Notes: generated by a model not told the origin, from the sequence alone. A DNA stretch of 64,000 nt from Bacillota bacterium (GCA_012839815.1 DUMQ01000098.1:376-64375), one strand, 5' to 3'. Shown: positions 40,016-50,799, counted from the first letter of the stretch. Translations and numbers: made by a program.

Positions 40016-41224
40016 ATGACTTCTTCGTGCAGCGCTGGTATGAGGCGTCTCTTTACATCCGAATCCGTCACGGAGGGTCATCCTGATAAAATTTGTGACC
40101 AGATCTCTGATGCGGTGCTGGATGCGATTCTGGCTCAAGATCCGCAAGGCAGGGTGGCGTGCGAGACAGCTGTAACAACTGGCCTTGTGGTCGTGCTTGG
40201 AGAGATTTCAACAGAATGTTACGTGGATATCCCGAGGATTGCCAGGGAAACGATAAGGGAGATAGGATATACCAGGGCCAAATATGGCTTTGACTGTGAC
40301 ACATGCGCCGTGATAACCTCCATCGATGAACAATCGCCGGATATCGCCATGGGGGTAAACGAGTCCCTTGAGGTCCGGCAGGTCAAGGCCTCGGGGACCA
40401 TAAACGGCTTCGAGAAGCTCGGCGCCGGGGACCAGGGTATGATGTATGGTTTCGCAACGAGAGAGACGCCCGAGCTCATGCCCCTTCCTATAACCCTTGC
40501 GCACAAGCTAGCGAAAAGGCTTGCCTATGTGCGAAAGAATCATATTATCCCATACTTGAGGCCCGACGGGAAGACTCAGGTCACCATCGAATATGAAGGA
40601 GATAAACCCCTGCGGGCCGACTCGGTGGTTGTTTCGAGCCAGCATGACCCGAATGTCGATTATGAGACCCTTAGAAATGACATTATTGAGATGGTAGTGA
40701 GAGAGGTTGTACCGCGCGAGTATATAGATGAGAACACCCGTTTTTATGTGAATCCGACAGGACGGTTTGTGGTTGGGGGCCCTCAGGGAGACTCGGGCCT
40801 CACCGGGAGGAAGATTATCGTAGATACATACGGTGGGAGCGCGCGCCACGGCGGCGGTGCGTTCTCAGGTAAAGATCCGACAAAGGTCGACAGGTCGGGG
40901 TCGTATGCGGCGCGCTATGTCGCGAAGAACATCGTGGCCGCGGGCCTTGCAGACAAGTGCGAGGTTCAAATCGCCTACGTTATAGGGGTTGCGAGGCCGG
41001 TATCGATCTCTATCGATACGTTCGGGACGGGTAAGATACCCGACGGGGAGATTTCCAGCCTCGTCAAGAAGCACTTTGACCTGAGGCCTGCCGCGATCAT
41101 CGAGACCTTGAACCTCAGGAGGCCTATTTACAAGCAGGTTGCGGCATATGGACATTTCGGAAGGCCAGACCTTGACCTCCCCTGGGAGAGAACGGACATG
41201 GTCGACATCTTGAGACGAGCCTGA
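40016..41224 (+). CDS. metK: S-adenosylmethionine synthetase
   Basis: [28 protein letters not shown]. Confidence 0.98.
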   Translation: MTSSCSAGMRRLFTSESVTEGHPDKICDQISDAVLDAILAQDPQGRVACETAVTTGLVVVLGEISTECYVDIPRIARETIREIGYTRAKYGFDCDTCAVITSIDEQSPDIAMGVNESLEVRQVKASGTINGFEKLGAGDQGMMYGFATRETPELMPLPITLAHKLAKRLAYVRKNHIIPYLRPDGKTQVTIEYEGDKPLRADSVVVSSQHDPNVDYETLRNDIIEMVVREVVPREYIDENTRFYVNPTGRFVVGGPQGDSGLTGRKIIVDTYGGSARHGGGAFSGKDPTKVDRSGSYAARYVAKNIVAAGLADKCEVQIAYVIGVARPVSISIDTFGTGKIPDGEISSLVKKHFDLRPAAIIETLNLRRPIYKQVAAYGHFGRPDLDLPWERTDMVDILRRA

Positions 41225-41375
41225 GAGCCTGAGGCTCGAAAGCCCGGAATGACAGGAAGAAGAGGGATGAGCAGCTTTTTAACATGCAAGGGGCATAATA
41301 ACTAGAGGAATTTGCGAATCCATGTAGAAAAGTAGTAGTTGGTTGTGCGAGCGTCAGGGGAGGAGGACTTAGCAG

Positions 41376-42566
41376 GTGATTAATGTAGCAATCGTGGGCT
41401 GCGGCAATTGGGGTAAGAATTATGTTCGTAATTTCAGGGAAATCCCGGACGCCAGGTTGCTCGTGTGTTGTGATAAGGATGAGGCAAGGCTCAAGGCTAT
41501 TAAGGAACGTTACCCGTTCGTTCGGGTTACCAGGAATTTTAACGAGGTGGCAAACAACCCCAAGGTCGATGCCGTCGTGATTGCTACTCCGCCGGTGACC
41601 CACTATCCTATCGCGAGGACCTGCCTTTTGCGAGGAAAGCATGTTCTAATCGAGAAGCCTTTTACTGTGTCGACTGAGGAGGCCGACCAGCTCGTGAATC
41701 TGGCCGAAAAGGGCAAACGGGTCCTCATGGTGGGGCATATCCTGGATTATCATCCTGCCTTGAGGCAACTGAAGGAATATATCCAGTCCGGTGAATTGGG
41801 GAGGATTTATTACATCTACGCCAACAGGACAAGCCTCGGGATCGTGCGCGATGATGTGAGCGTGATGTGGGACAAGGCGCCGCATGATATTGCCAGTTTG
41901 CTCTATCTACTGGATGATGAGCCTGTATATGTTGCGGCCAAGGGTCAGGCGTTCATCAACTCAGGTATCGAGGATGTGATCTTCATGACCCTCAAGTTCC
42001 GGAACGACATCATCGCCAATATCCACGTGAGCTGGCTCGATCCATGCAAGGTGAGCAAGACGACCATAATAGGCGAGAAGAAGATGGTTGTCTTCGATGA
42101 CGCCGAGGCCCTTGAGAAGATCAGGATATACAATAAGGGTGTAAACAGGAAAAACGGGAATGGGAACGGGAATGGAAATGAAAACGGGCTTGCCGGCGCG
42201 GTTAACGGGAACTACAGTAATGGTAACGGCGTGCACCCCGACGGTTTGAATGGCTTCCCCGAATTCCAATATACTTACAGTTACGGCGACGTTTATATCC
42301 CCAAGATCAAGATGAGCGAACCTTTAAAGAACCAGTGCCTGCACTTCCTGGAGTGCATAAGGGAACAGAAGAGGCCGATGACGGATGGAATCAATGGCCT
42401 AACGGTGGTTAAGGTCCTCGAGAGGGCGGAGGATTCGCTAAGGTCGAACGGTGAGTATGTAGCCATCGAGGGGACGGGCTACGGCCTCCATTCTATGCAG
42501 AAAGCCAGCTTCGTGGCGCGGGCCAGGTCCCTATGGAGGGGCTTCAGGCTCGAGAAGATATTCTAG
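41376..42566 (+). CDS. Gfo/Idh/MocA NAD(P)-dependent oxidoreductase
   Basis: GCGNWG, HVLIEKP, APHD, VSWLDP; RBS GGAGGAGG. Confidence 0.88.
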   Translation: MINVAIVGCGNWGKNYVRNFREIPDARLLVCCDKDEARLKAIKERYPFVRVTRNFNEVANNPKVDAVVIATPPVTHYPIARTCLLRGKHVLIEKPFTVSTEEADQLVNLAEKGKRVLMVGHILDYHPALRQLKEYIQSGELGRIYYIYANRTSLGIVRDDVSVMWDKAPHDIASLLYLLDDEPVYVAAKGQAFINSGIEDVIFMTLKFRNDIIANIHVSWLDPCKVSKTTIIGEKKMVVFDDAEALEKIRIYNKGVNRKNGNGNGNGNENGLAGAVNGNYSNGNGVHPDGLNGFPEFQYTYSYGDVYIPKIKMSEPLKNQCLHFLECIREQKRPMTDGINGLTVVKVLERAEDSLRSNGEYVAIEGTGYGLHSMQKASFVARARSLWRGFRLEKIF

Positions 42567-42609
42567 CGAGGGTGGATATATCCGGTCCGCTTGAGCGGGA
42601 GCGAGGATC

Positions 42610-42812
42610 ATGGAGCGTATCAGGGTTCTGATTGTCGACGACCATGAGCTTTTACGCGAGATGATCCGCGGCATCGTCGAGAAGGAGGCGGATATGGTTG
42701 TCGCGGGCCAGGCTTCGACGTGACGAGCATCCTGCATAAGCTTCGCGCGGATCGGCACGCAGGTGGTGATATTTACGGCGCGGGTGCGATCTAGCGCCGA
42801 CATCTTCCGCTA
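42610..42812 (+). pseudogene. NarL/DegU-type response regulator remnant (centre deleted)
   Basis: MERIRVLIVDDHELLREMIRGIVEKEADMVVAGQAS* followed directly by VTSILHKL../TQVVIF LuxR-HTH tail in other frames. Confidence 0.75.
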
Positions 42813-42913
42813 ATGGTATAAGACGGCACTATTTATGAGAAATAAGCCTTTAGGCCTATAGGATTATCTCTGAGGTAGTGATAAAATCAATATATAAGTA
42901 TGCTTTGTTCTCC

Positions 42914-43010
42914 CGATAATGGCAAACTCTCCGAAAGGTGAGGACGCAAAGCTACGGGTCTAAGGTCGGGTATGGCTTATATCTGACTATGATCGCCGGG
43001 TTGCCGAAGA
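42914..43010 (+). ncRNA. Cyclic di-GMP-I riboswitch
   Basis: GGCAAAC-tctcc-GAAA-ggtgag-GACGCAAAGC..GGTCTAA..GATCGCCGGGTTGCCGA matches GEMM-I consensus. Confidence 0.9.
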
Positions 43011-43023
43011 GACGGAGATTGTT

Positions 43024-43072
43024 AAAGCCTGCCCGTTTCCGTGGCAACGTGGAACGTGCAGGTTTTTATTTT
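43024..43072 (+). terminator. Riboswitch expression-platform terminator
   Basis: AAAGCCTGC-cgtttcc...ggaacg-TGCAGGTTTTTATTTT. Confidence 0.7.
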
Positions 43073-43273
43073 GGGACAGGGAGGAGATGGATCACCATCT
43101 TGCAAATTCTGCAGGCGATGCGCCCATTTAAACTCGGCCTGTTTGCTAGAGGCGCTTATTATGCTGTAGAGTTGCCCTGCATCCCATACGCGGATTTAAT
43201 GATAGGTTGAGGCTTATATAAATTTTATAATTATAAAGAATTTCCCCCCAACACCCAAATCTTCCCCCTTCTA

Positions 43274-43303
43274 GGCATGGCTGTGCTGGCCATGCCCTTT
43301 TTA
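43274..43303 (+). terminator. Rho-independent terminator
   Basis: GGCATGGC-tgtgctg-GCCATGCC-cTTTTT. Confidence 0.7.
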
Positions 43304-43580
43304 GTGCGCCCTTTCGGGTAACAGGTTCAGCAGGCTGCCATGCTTTTGCCTTTTGCACCGCCTCTTCATGATTGCACCGCCCTCTTCATGAGACGCGGAG
43401 CCGCGTGGCCATGTATCTTATAGGGTCTGAGAGATGGGAGCCCCCGGCTGCTAGCTGGGCCACCGGTGAAAATTATGAGATTCCAGGCATTATAAAGCAG
43501 GACTTGCCGGTTCGGCATTGAATTCATCTTAGGGGCCAGGTTGTCAAATTAAAACAAACATGGAAGCGAGGACAAAATAG

Positions 43581-45698
43581 ATGCCAGAACGTGGCGTCCT
43601 GATTGTTGCAGCAGAAAATGATCGCTACCTTAGAGGACTAGGGGACCATCTACGCGATGCAGGCGTTGCGACTGTTTTCGCACAGGACGGAGAGATGGCA
43701 TTCATCAAAGCGCAGAGCATGAAACCGGATCTCATGGTGACCGATATATTGATTCCCAAACTCAATGGGCTTGAACTGTGCAACAGGATAAAAGGGAGCC
43801 CTGAGACCCGTGGTGTCAAGGTTCTCATCTCATCCATGCTCATGGCCAGGGAACGATGCCTTGAGGCCGGCGCTGATGCCTTTTTACCCAGGACCGCGAG
43901 CCGCGCCCAGTTAGCCCGGGCGGTTTTCGGAATGCTGGGCCTTGATGTGGAACGTGACGTTATCCAGGACAAACTCCAGAAACTCATGAAGCTCAGAAAG
44001 GTCATCCGGGCTATGACCTCTTTATCAGATCCCGCATTCATGCTTAAGGAAGTCATAAAACAGGTAGCTGAAATCCTGGATGCAAGCGGGTGCGCCGTGC
44101 TCGTGAAGAGAGGTGCAGATATCCTGGAGCTTGGCCCCTCCGTGGGTGTGGACAAGGAGATGGTCGAGGACTTTACCGGGAACATATCGGACGGTATCGC
44201 CAGGATCGCGAATCGCCTTTGGGGGGCCGGGTCGCTGGCATCTGGATCCGGTACAGCCGCGGAATCTGGATCTCGTGTGGCAACAGGGGCGACGGAAGCA
44301 GCGCAGTGGGAGACATTAATCAGTGCTCCTTTGATAGAGGGGAATGACAGGCTTATCGGCATACTGGTGGCAGTGGCATCAGGGGCGGGTTGCGAAATGG
44401 GCGCCGAGGATGAGGAGGTCATTTCGGCCCTGGCCGATCTATTGACCATAGCCATCAGAATCTCGCGACTGCAGGAGAGGATTGGGGTCGACGCCTTCAA
44501 CAGGGATTCGCTTTGCTCGGAAGAGCCGCAGGGTTCCAATGGGTACCAGGGATACAAGGACGTGATAACCTCGCTTTATGATACGGTGGTCAAGCAGATG
44601 ACTGACGGGATCATAGTCTGCGATGCCACCGGCCGGATAATCCAGGCAAACAGGGCCGCGCAAAGGCTCCTTGGATTGGATGCTGCGTCAATGAGCAAAT
44701 TCACGCTCGACGCCCCGGAGATAGGCTTGACCACGCTCGATGGCAAAAGCCCGCCGCACGATGAATTCCCGGTAAACATATCATTGAGAACCTGCAGGAG
44801 GGTGACGGGTAAGGAATTCAGTTTGAAGAGATGGGGTATAATCATCGAGCTCTCGACGTTCCCGTTGAAAACCGAGGAGTGCAGAGTCGTCGGGGTTGTT
44901 GCGGTTCTCCGGGATATAACCCAGCGCTGGGAGCTTGAAAAGATGAAGACTAATTTCGTGTCAGTGGCCTCTCATGAACTCCGGACGCCGTTGACATCCA
45001 TCCGGGCTTATGTGCAGCTAATGCTGGCAGGCCGGATGGGCCAGGTGGACGAGAAGTGGAGAGGGGCTCTGGAGGTTGTATCACGAAATGTCGAGCGTAT
45101 GACGAATATAATAAACGATATCCTGGATGTCGCAAGGGTCGGCGAGGGAAGGTTGCCTTTGAATAAAACGGAAATCGACCTGGCTGACGTGGCATTTATG
45201 GCTGTGCTTGAAATGGGGACCCTGGCGGCCAATAAGAATATAAATATCGAAACGCAGATTCCCCATGGCGTCATAGGAGAATGGGATAGGCAAAGACTCC
45301 ACCAGGTGTTCGCAAACCTTCTTGATAATGCCATAAAATTTACTCCCCCGGGGGGCAAGATCTATGTACGGGTCAGGGCGGAGGGAGGGGCTGTTCACGT
45401 CGAGGTTCAGGATACAGGTAGGGGCATAAATCCATCGGAGCTGACGAGGATTTTTGAGCCGTTTTATCAGGCAGGGGTGGGAGGTGGAGCGGGCGAGCCC
45501 GACGATAGGGGAGCGCGAGGTGTCGGCTTGGGCCTCGCGATCTGTAAAGGCATTATTGAAGGTCACGGGGGTAGGATTTGGGCGGAGAGTTATGAGGGGA
45601 AGGGCACCACATTTCATTTTACATTACCCCTTAGGGAAGGCGATCCTAAAGATATCAATCCCGGAGATGGAGCGGGAGATCTTGACAGGGTCAAATAA
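43581..45698 (+). CDS. Cytoplasmic hybrid histidine kinase (REC-GAF-PAS-HisKA-HATPase)
   Basis: PDLMVTD..NGLELC; SHELRTPL; NLLDNAIKFT; DTGRGI; GLGLAI; no TM seen. Confidence 0.92.
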   Translation: MPERGVLIVAAENDRYLRGLGDHLRDAGVATVFAQDGEMAFIKAQSMKPDLMVTDILIPKLNGLELCNRIKGSPETRGVKVLISSMLMARERCLEAGADAFLPRTASRAQLARAVFGMLGLDVERDVIQDKLQKLMKLRKVIRAMTSLSDPAFMLKEVIKQVAEILDASGCAVLVKRGADILELGPSVGVDKEMVEDFTGNISDGIARIANRLWGAGSLASGSGTAAESGSRVATGATEAAQWETLISAPLIEGNDRLIGILVAVASGAGCEMGAEDEEVISALADLLTIAIRISRLQERIGVDAFNRDSLCSEEPQGSNGYQGYKDVITSLYDTVVKQMTDGIIVCDATGRIIQANRAAQRLLGLDAASMSKFTLDAPEIGLTTLDGKSPPHDEFPVNISLRTCRRVTGKEFSLKRWGIIIELSTFPLKTEECRVVGVVAVLRDITQRWELEKMKTNFVSVASHELRTPLTSIRAYVQLMLAGRMGQVDEKWRGALEVVSRNVERMTNIINDILDVARVGEGRLPLNKTEIDLADVAFMAVLEMGTLAANKNINIETQIPHGVIGEWDRQRLHQVFANLLDNAIKFTPPGGKIYVRVRAEGGAVHVEVQDTGRGINPSELTRIFEPFYQAGVGGGAGEPDDRGARGVGLGLAICKGIIEGHGGRIWAESYEGKGTTFHFTLPLREGDPKDINPGDGAGDLDRVK

Positions 45699-45730
45699 GC
45701 AGGGGTGGGTATCATGGGAGGGGCTGCTCT

Positions 45731-46123
45731 TTGAGGCGGATTTTGGTCGCAGATGATGATGCCGACATTCTCGACGTCCTCAGGTTTGTGCTGGCGCAGG
45801 AAGGGTATGAGGTGCTGACCACAATGGATGGGCTGGAGGCCGAACGTATCGCGCTCCAGGAAGCACCCAACCTCATCATCATTGACGCGGTGATGCCCGG
45901 CAAGAGCGGTTGGAGGGTCTGCGAGTCATTGAAGTCATCTCCGGGGATGGGACACATCCCTATTATCATTTTATCAGGCTGGTCCCAGACTAAAGATATC
46001 GAGAGAGGGAAGGAAGTCGGGGCCGACGACGTTGTGGTTAAACCCTTTGATATTGAGGACCTCGTCCGCCGGGTTAAGGCGCTGGAGGAGAGAAGTACCG
46101 GAGGAAGCCGGGAGCAGGGCTAA
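45731..46123 (+). CDS. Single-domain response regulator
   Basis: ILVADDD, IIDAVMPG, KPF. Confidence 0.9.
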   Translation: MRRILVADDDADILDVLRFVLAQEGYEVLTTMDGLEAERIALQEAPNLIIIDAVMPGKSGWRVCESLKSSPGMGHIPIIILSGWSQTKDIERGKEVGADDVVVKPFDIEDLVRRVKALEERSTGGSREQG

Positions 46124-46276
46124 AGGCTGGAAGTCAGGGGTTGAAAAGGGTATAATTTAAAGGGTAGCATGTAGGGCATCATTTAGTGACGTATGATGTA
46201 GGGATGTATCTTTGTAAATTGAGAATTTAGAGACGTCCTGACGTAAAGAGATATCGGGCGGGGGAATCATGGGCGG

Positions 46277-48679
46277 ATGGCCAGTATTCGCGGGATAGTT
46301 GAACGGATAACTTATCGGAATGAAGAAACGTGTTATACAGTTGCCAGGCTGAGGCGCGACGGAACGAGGGTTACGGATAATCTTACCACAGTGGTGGGGA
46401 TATTCCCGTTTATCACGCCGGGTGAGACCTTGAAGCTCGAGGGGGAGTGGGTTTCCCATCCCGAATACGGCCTCCAATTCAAGGTATCGCGCGCAGAGAC
46501 GGTCGTCCCCGCCACAATCAACGGGATCGAGAAGTACCTTGGCTCAGGCCTTATAAAGGGTATAGGCCCTGTAACGGCGCGCAGGCTCGTAAAGCATTTC
46601 GGCCTGGAGACCCTGGATGTGATAGAAAACAGGCCCGATCGCTTGACCGAGGTTGACGGCATAGGGCCCAAAAAGGCTGAGGTCATCCGGCGCGGTTTCG
46701 CAGAGCAAAGGGAAATCCAAAACGTCATGGTATTCCTGGGAGAATACGGCGTAAGCCCGACTTATGCCGTTAAAATATTCAAAAGGTACGGCAATGATGC
46801 GATCGCCGTGGTTCGGCAAAATCCTTACCGCCTGGCGGATGAGATCTTCGGAATAGGGTTCAAGACGGCGGACAAGATCGCCAGCAAGCTTGGCATCGAG
46901 CCGTCATCCCTTTCGAGGGTAGCTGCGGGGGTGCGGTATTTCCTCAACCAGCGGGCCGAGGATGGCCACGTGTTCTATCCGGTTGAGGGGCTCGCATCGG
47001 AGGCCGCAAAGATGCTTGATGTGCCTGAGGCTCGGGTCGATGAAGCCCTTGAGGGCTTGGAGCGTGAAGGGGTTATAATACGGGAGGGCACGCGGATATA
47101 CCTGGCAGCGTTTTACCATTGCGAGCGGGGCGTAGCTGAGCGGCTCGGCAGGCTTGCGCGTATCGCGCCGAGGCCGCTGCGCGTCGATCTCGATAGGGAG
47201 CTCCTGGAACTTGGCAGTAAGACGGGGGTCGCTCTCGCGCCAGACCAGAGGCGTGCCGTTGAGACGGCTCTCAGGGCGGGCGTTGTGGTCTTGACTGGCG
47301 GTCCCGGCACGGGCAAGACCACAACCGTAAGGAGTATTATAAGGATCTTTGAGGCGCATGGCCTCAAGGTTCTCCTGGCGGCCCCTACAGGCAGGGCGGC
47401 GAAACGCCTATCCGAGGCTACCGGCCGCGAGGCTAAAACCTTGCACAGGCTTCTTGAGGTTGGGTTTTGTGCCACGGGCATAGAGTTTGCCAGGAATGAA
47501 GCGAATCCGCTCGATGCGGATGCCGTAATTGTAGACGAGGTCTCCATGGTTGATATCGTGCTTATGTATGATCTTCTTAAGGCCATAAGGCCGGGCACCC
47601 GGCTCATCCTGGTTGGCGACGCTGACCAGCTGCCTTCGGTGGGCCCGGGCAATGTTCTCCGCGATATAATCGAGTCGGGCGCGGTGAGCGTCGTTAGACT
47701 GCAGGAGATATTCAGGCAAGCCCGTAACAGCATGATTATCGTCAATGCCCACAGGATAAACCGGGGGGAGTTCCCCCTGCTCAACAGGCGCACGGCCGGC
47801 AAGGGAGCGGGTAGCAGGGATGCTGGTAGCAAGGATCTCGGTAGCAAGGATGCCGGCAGTAAAAGTGCCAGTAGCGGGGATGCCGGCATTGCTTGTGGCA
47901 GTATTGCTAGTAGCATTGCTGGTGGTAGGATTGCTGGGGGCATTGCTGACGGCGATACCGGCGGCCGGCCGGTCCCGGGCGACTTCTTTTTTATAGATGA
48001 GGAGGACCCGGAGAAGGTTGCAGGGACCGTGGTGGAGCTCGTAGCAAGGCGCATACCTGGGTACCTGCGGTGTCACCCCATTGATGATATCCAGGTTATA
48101 ACCCCCATGAGGCGGACTGTAACCGGGGTGGACAACCTGAACATCGCGCTTCGTGAGGCGCTGAACCCGCCGGCTCCCGGAAAGGTCGAGATCAGGCATG
48201 GTATGAGCGTTTTGAGACAGGGCGATAAGGTAATGCAGATAAGAAATAACTATAATAAGATGGTGTTTAACGGGGATATCGGCCGGATTGAACACATTGA
48301 TGAAGAAGACAGGGTCATAGTGGTTTCATACCCCGACTCGGATGGGACAAGGAGCGGCGCGAGCGGGACGAGAAGGGTTGAGTATGAACAGCACGAACTG
48401 GACGAGCTCGTCCTGGCTTACGCCATGTCGGTTCACAAGAGCCAGGGCGGCGAGTACCCGGTGGTTGTCATGCCCGTCACGACCCAGCACTATATGATGC
48501 TCCAGAGAAACCTTCTTTACACGGGGATAACCCGGGCGAAACGACTTGTTGTGCTGGTCGGGACGAAAAAGGCCATTGCCATTGCTGTAAAGAACACGAA
48601 GACCGATAGCCGGTATACGGCCCTCGCGGAGGGTTTAAGGGCCATGTGCCAGAGATCGCTCTCGATGGAATTACCTTAA
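46277..48679 (+). CDS. recD2: ATP-dependent RecD-like helicase
   Basis: HPEYG, HhH (IKGIGP), GGPGTGKTT, DEVSM, QLPSVG, HKSQG, YTGITRA. Confidence 0.95.
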   Translation: MASIRGIVERITYRNEETCYTVARLRRDGTRVTDNLTTVVGIFPFITPGETLKLEGEWVSHPEYGLQFKVSRAETVVPATINGIEKYLGSGLIKGIGPVTARRLVKHFGLETLDVIENRPDRLTEVDGIGPKKAEVIRRGFAEQREIQNVMVFLGEYGVSPTYAVKIFKRYGNDAIAVVRQNPYRLADEIFGIGFKTADKIASKLGIEPSSLSRVAAGVRYFLNQRAEDGHVFYPVEGLASEAAKMLDVPEARVDEALEGLEREGVIIREGTRIYLAAFYHCERGVAERLGRLARIAPRPLRVDLDRELLELGSKTGVALAPDQRRAVETALRAGVVVLTGGPGTGKTTTVRSIIRIFEAHGLKVLLAAPTGRAAKRLSEATGREAKTLHRLLEVGFCATGIEFARNEANPLDADAVIVDEVSMVDIVLMYDLLKAIRPGTRLILVGDADQLPSVGPGNVLRDIIESGAVSVVRLQEIFRQARNSMIIVNAHRINRGEFPLLNRRTAGKGAGSRDAGSKDLGSKDAGSKSASSGDAGIACGSIASSIAGGRIAGGIADGDTGGRPVPGDFFFIDEEDPEKVAGTVVELVARRIPGYLRCHPIDDIQVITPMRRTVTGVDNLNIALREALNPPAPGKVEIRHGMSVLRQGDKVMQIRNNYNKMVFNGDIGRIEHIDEEDRVIVVSYPDSDGTRSGASGTRRVEYEQHELDELVLAYAMSVHKSQGGEYPVVVMPVTTQHYMMLQRNLLYTGITRAKRLVVLVGTKKAIAIAVKNTKTDSRYTALAEGLRAMCQRSLSMELP

Positions 48680-48731
48680 ACTAACTTGGTGATGAAATCA
48701 CTCCAATGGATGTAGTAAATCATTCGAACGG

Positions 48732-50789
48732 GTGATTGAGGAGAGTGCTTCTGTCTGGTATGCTGGGGATGAAGGACGAAGATCGCACGCCCGGGCCCGT
48801 TTGTTAGCCTGGAGGTCGGAGCCCGGGAGAGGTAAGACCGTGCTTCTCGACCCACGTTATCACATCTATGTGGCGGTGGCGACCGGAGGCAGGACCCACC
48901 GCCTGGGCATCACTCATAATCTCTCAATCGATGGAAACTTCTTCGGAGCGAAAGGCTACAGCGAACTTTTTATTGTTTTGGCGGGGCTCCCGCTGGCGCT
49001 GGCGGACTATGCCTTGGCTACGACTTTCGGCCAGGGGGCGTGTCGCAGGGGGCCTCTGGACCTCAGCGATTCCCATTACGATCCCCATTGCGTTCGTCAC
49101 AACCTGTCCCGGATATCGAGACGCCTGGTGGCCTCGTTGCGTAAAATAGGGTACAGGGGCGGGGTATATGGGCGGATGTGCACTGTGAGTAGGAGTAATC
49201 TTACCACTCAGGTTGCGGAGATGTTGTGCGCGCATGGGCAAATCCGGGAAAGCCTGGTCCGGGATGCGCTGGACGGGCGCATCCTGTTTCGTTGGGAGCT
49301 TGTGAGGGCGGTGAGGGAGAATGGGGGTATGCCGGATGCCCCTATCGAGGATATCCTGCAGGTGCTCTGGCTCAAGGGCCAGATTGACCGACTGCCGGCC
49401 GTCGAGATTGGGTTGGATGGTATTCCCAGGTGCAGCAGGTGTGGGGGCACCGGCGACATAGCCCGGGTGGCATGTGCCTCTTGCGGGGACGAACGTTGCC
49501 TCGTGTGCGTTGAGTGCGCGGCGATGGGGGAGGCGAGAGGCTGCAGGGCGCTCTACGCCGGGGTCAAATCCGATCAGGCTCGGGCCCGGGTAGCCGAAAC
49601 CCGGTTGGTAGAGGACGATCACTATGCGGTGAGCGCTTGTCATCTCGTCGGCCCGAATTTCGACTTTGAGCTTACTCCAGCTCAGGAGGCCGCCGCTCGC
49701 GTCATTGTGGACGCTCTTTCATCGCCGGCTCAGACATCGCCCGCCCGGAGGGAATGCCTGGTCTGGGCGGCCTGCGGGTCTGGAAAGACGGAGGTCTCCT
49801 TTGCTGCGATCGGCCGCACCCTAGCCCGGGGTGGGAGGGTGCTTTTCGCCATTCCGCGGAGGGATGTGGTGGTGGAGCTGGGACCGCGGCTACGGCGAGC
49901 CTTTCCGGGCGTTGATATAGCCGTGTTGCATGGGGATGCGGTGAAGCGTTATCCCAGGGCGTCAATTATAATTGCCACGACGCACCAGGTCATCAGGTTT
50001 TACCGTTCTTTCGACCTGGTCGTTCTCGATGAGTTTGACGCCTTCCCTTACCGGGGCAACAGGATGCTCCAATACGCCGTGAGGCGGGCTGTGAGGGAAG
50101 ATGGTTTCATTGTGCTGATGAGCGCGACGCCAGATTCCGCCACAAGATTAAGGGCCAGGTGGGGCGAGATCACGGTCGCTTGGATCCCGGCGCGGCACCA
50201 CGGGAAGCCGCTCCCTGAGCCGGAGCTTGTTATTGAGGAGTTTTGGAGGGCCGGGACAATTGAGGGAAGGGCGGCAGGAATCATAGAGGAGTGTGTGCTC
50301 CGGCGTGGAGTTCAGGTTTTCGTCTTCGTCCCCACCATACAGCTTGCGGAGGATGTGGCCCGTAGCCTTGATGCGAGCCTTCGGTCCCGGCTTGCGGGAC
50401 TTGGGACTCACCATGCCGGGGAGGGGTGCTCCGGCCTGCTGGTGGGATACAGCCATTCCAGGGACCCGGCTCGGGGCGAGAAAATCAGGCTTTTTAAGGA
50501 GGGAAAGCTTCGGGCTCTTGTCTCGACGACCATCATGGAACGCGGCATTACAGTCACCTTCGCCGATGTTGTGGTTCTATTCGCCGATTATGAGGCCATA
50601 TTCGACGAGGCGGCGCTCGTTCAGATGGCAGGAAGGGCGGGCCGGAGTGGAGCTTATCCTGATGCCAGGGTATGGTTTGTCGCGAGAAGGGAAACGGGTG
50701 CGATGCGGGGCGCCCTGCGAGCGATCAGGGAGATGAACGCTAGGGCAATGGAAGCGGGTTATCTGGATGAAGCTCCTTGCCCTCGATGA
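48732..50789 (+). CDS. comFA: ComFA-like SF2 helicase with N-terminal extension and Zn finger
   Basis: CSRC..CASC..C..CVEC; WAACGSGKTE, PRRDVV, LDEFDAFPY, SATP, PARHH, MERGIT, QMAGRAGR. Confidence 0.88.
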   Translation: MIEESASVWYAGDEGRRSHARARLLAWRSEPGRGKTVLLDPRYHIYVAVATGGRTHRLGITHNLSIDGNFFGAKGYSELFIVLAGLPLALADYALATTFGQGACRRGPLDLSDSHYDPHCVRHNLSRISRRLVASLRKIGYRGGVYGRMCTVSRSNLTTQVAEMLCAHGQIRESLVRDALDGRILFRWELVRAVRENGGMPDAPIEDILQVLWLKGQIDRLPAVEIGLDGIPRCSRCGGTGDIARVACASCGDERCLVCVECAAMGEARGCRALYAGVKSDQARARVAETRLVEDDHYAVSACHLVGPNFDFELTPAQEAAARVIVDALSSPAQTSPARRECLVWAACGSGKTEVSFAAIGRTLARGGRVLFAIPRRDVVVELGPRLRRAFPGVDIAVLHGDAVKRYPRASIIIATTHQVIRFYRSFDLVVLDEFDAFPYRGNRMLQYAVRRAVREDGFIVLMSATPDSATRLRARWGEITVAWIPARHHGKPLPEPELVIEEFWRAGTIEGRAAGIIEECVLRRGVQVFVFVPTIQLAEDVARSLDASLRSRLAGLGTHHAGEGCSGLLVGYSHSRDPARGEKIRLFKEGKLRALVSTTIMERGITVTFADVVVLFADYEAIFDEAALVQMAGRAGRSGAYPDARVWFVARRETGAMRGALRAIREMNARAMEAGYLDEAPCPR

Positions 50790-50799
50790 CCGAAATTCA

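Noticed and set aside
42938-43210. 90-aa ORF
   Set aside because: Starts inside the riboswitch aptamer and runs through its terminator.
47790-47980. Possible intein in RecD2
   Set aside because: Only ~60 aa of low-complexity repeats; no splicing motifs or endonuclease.
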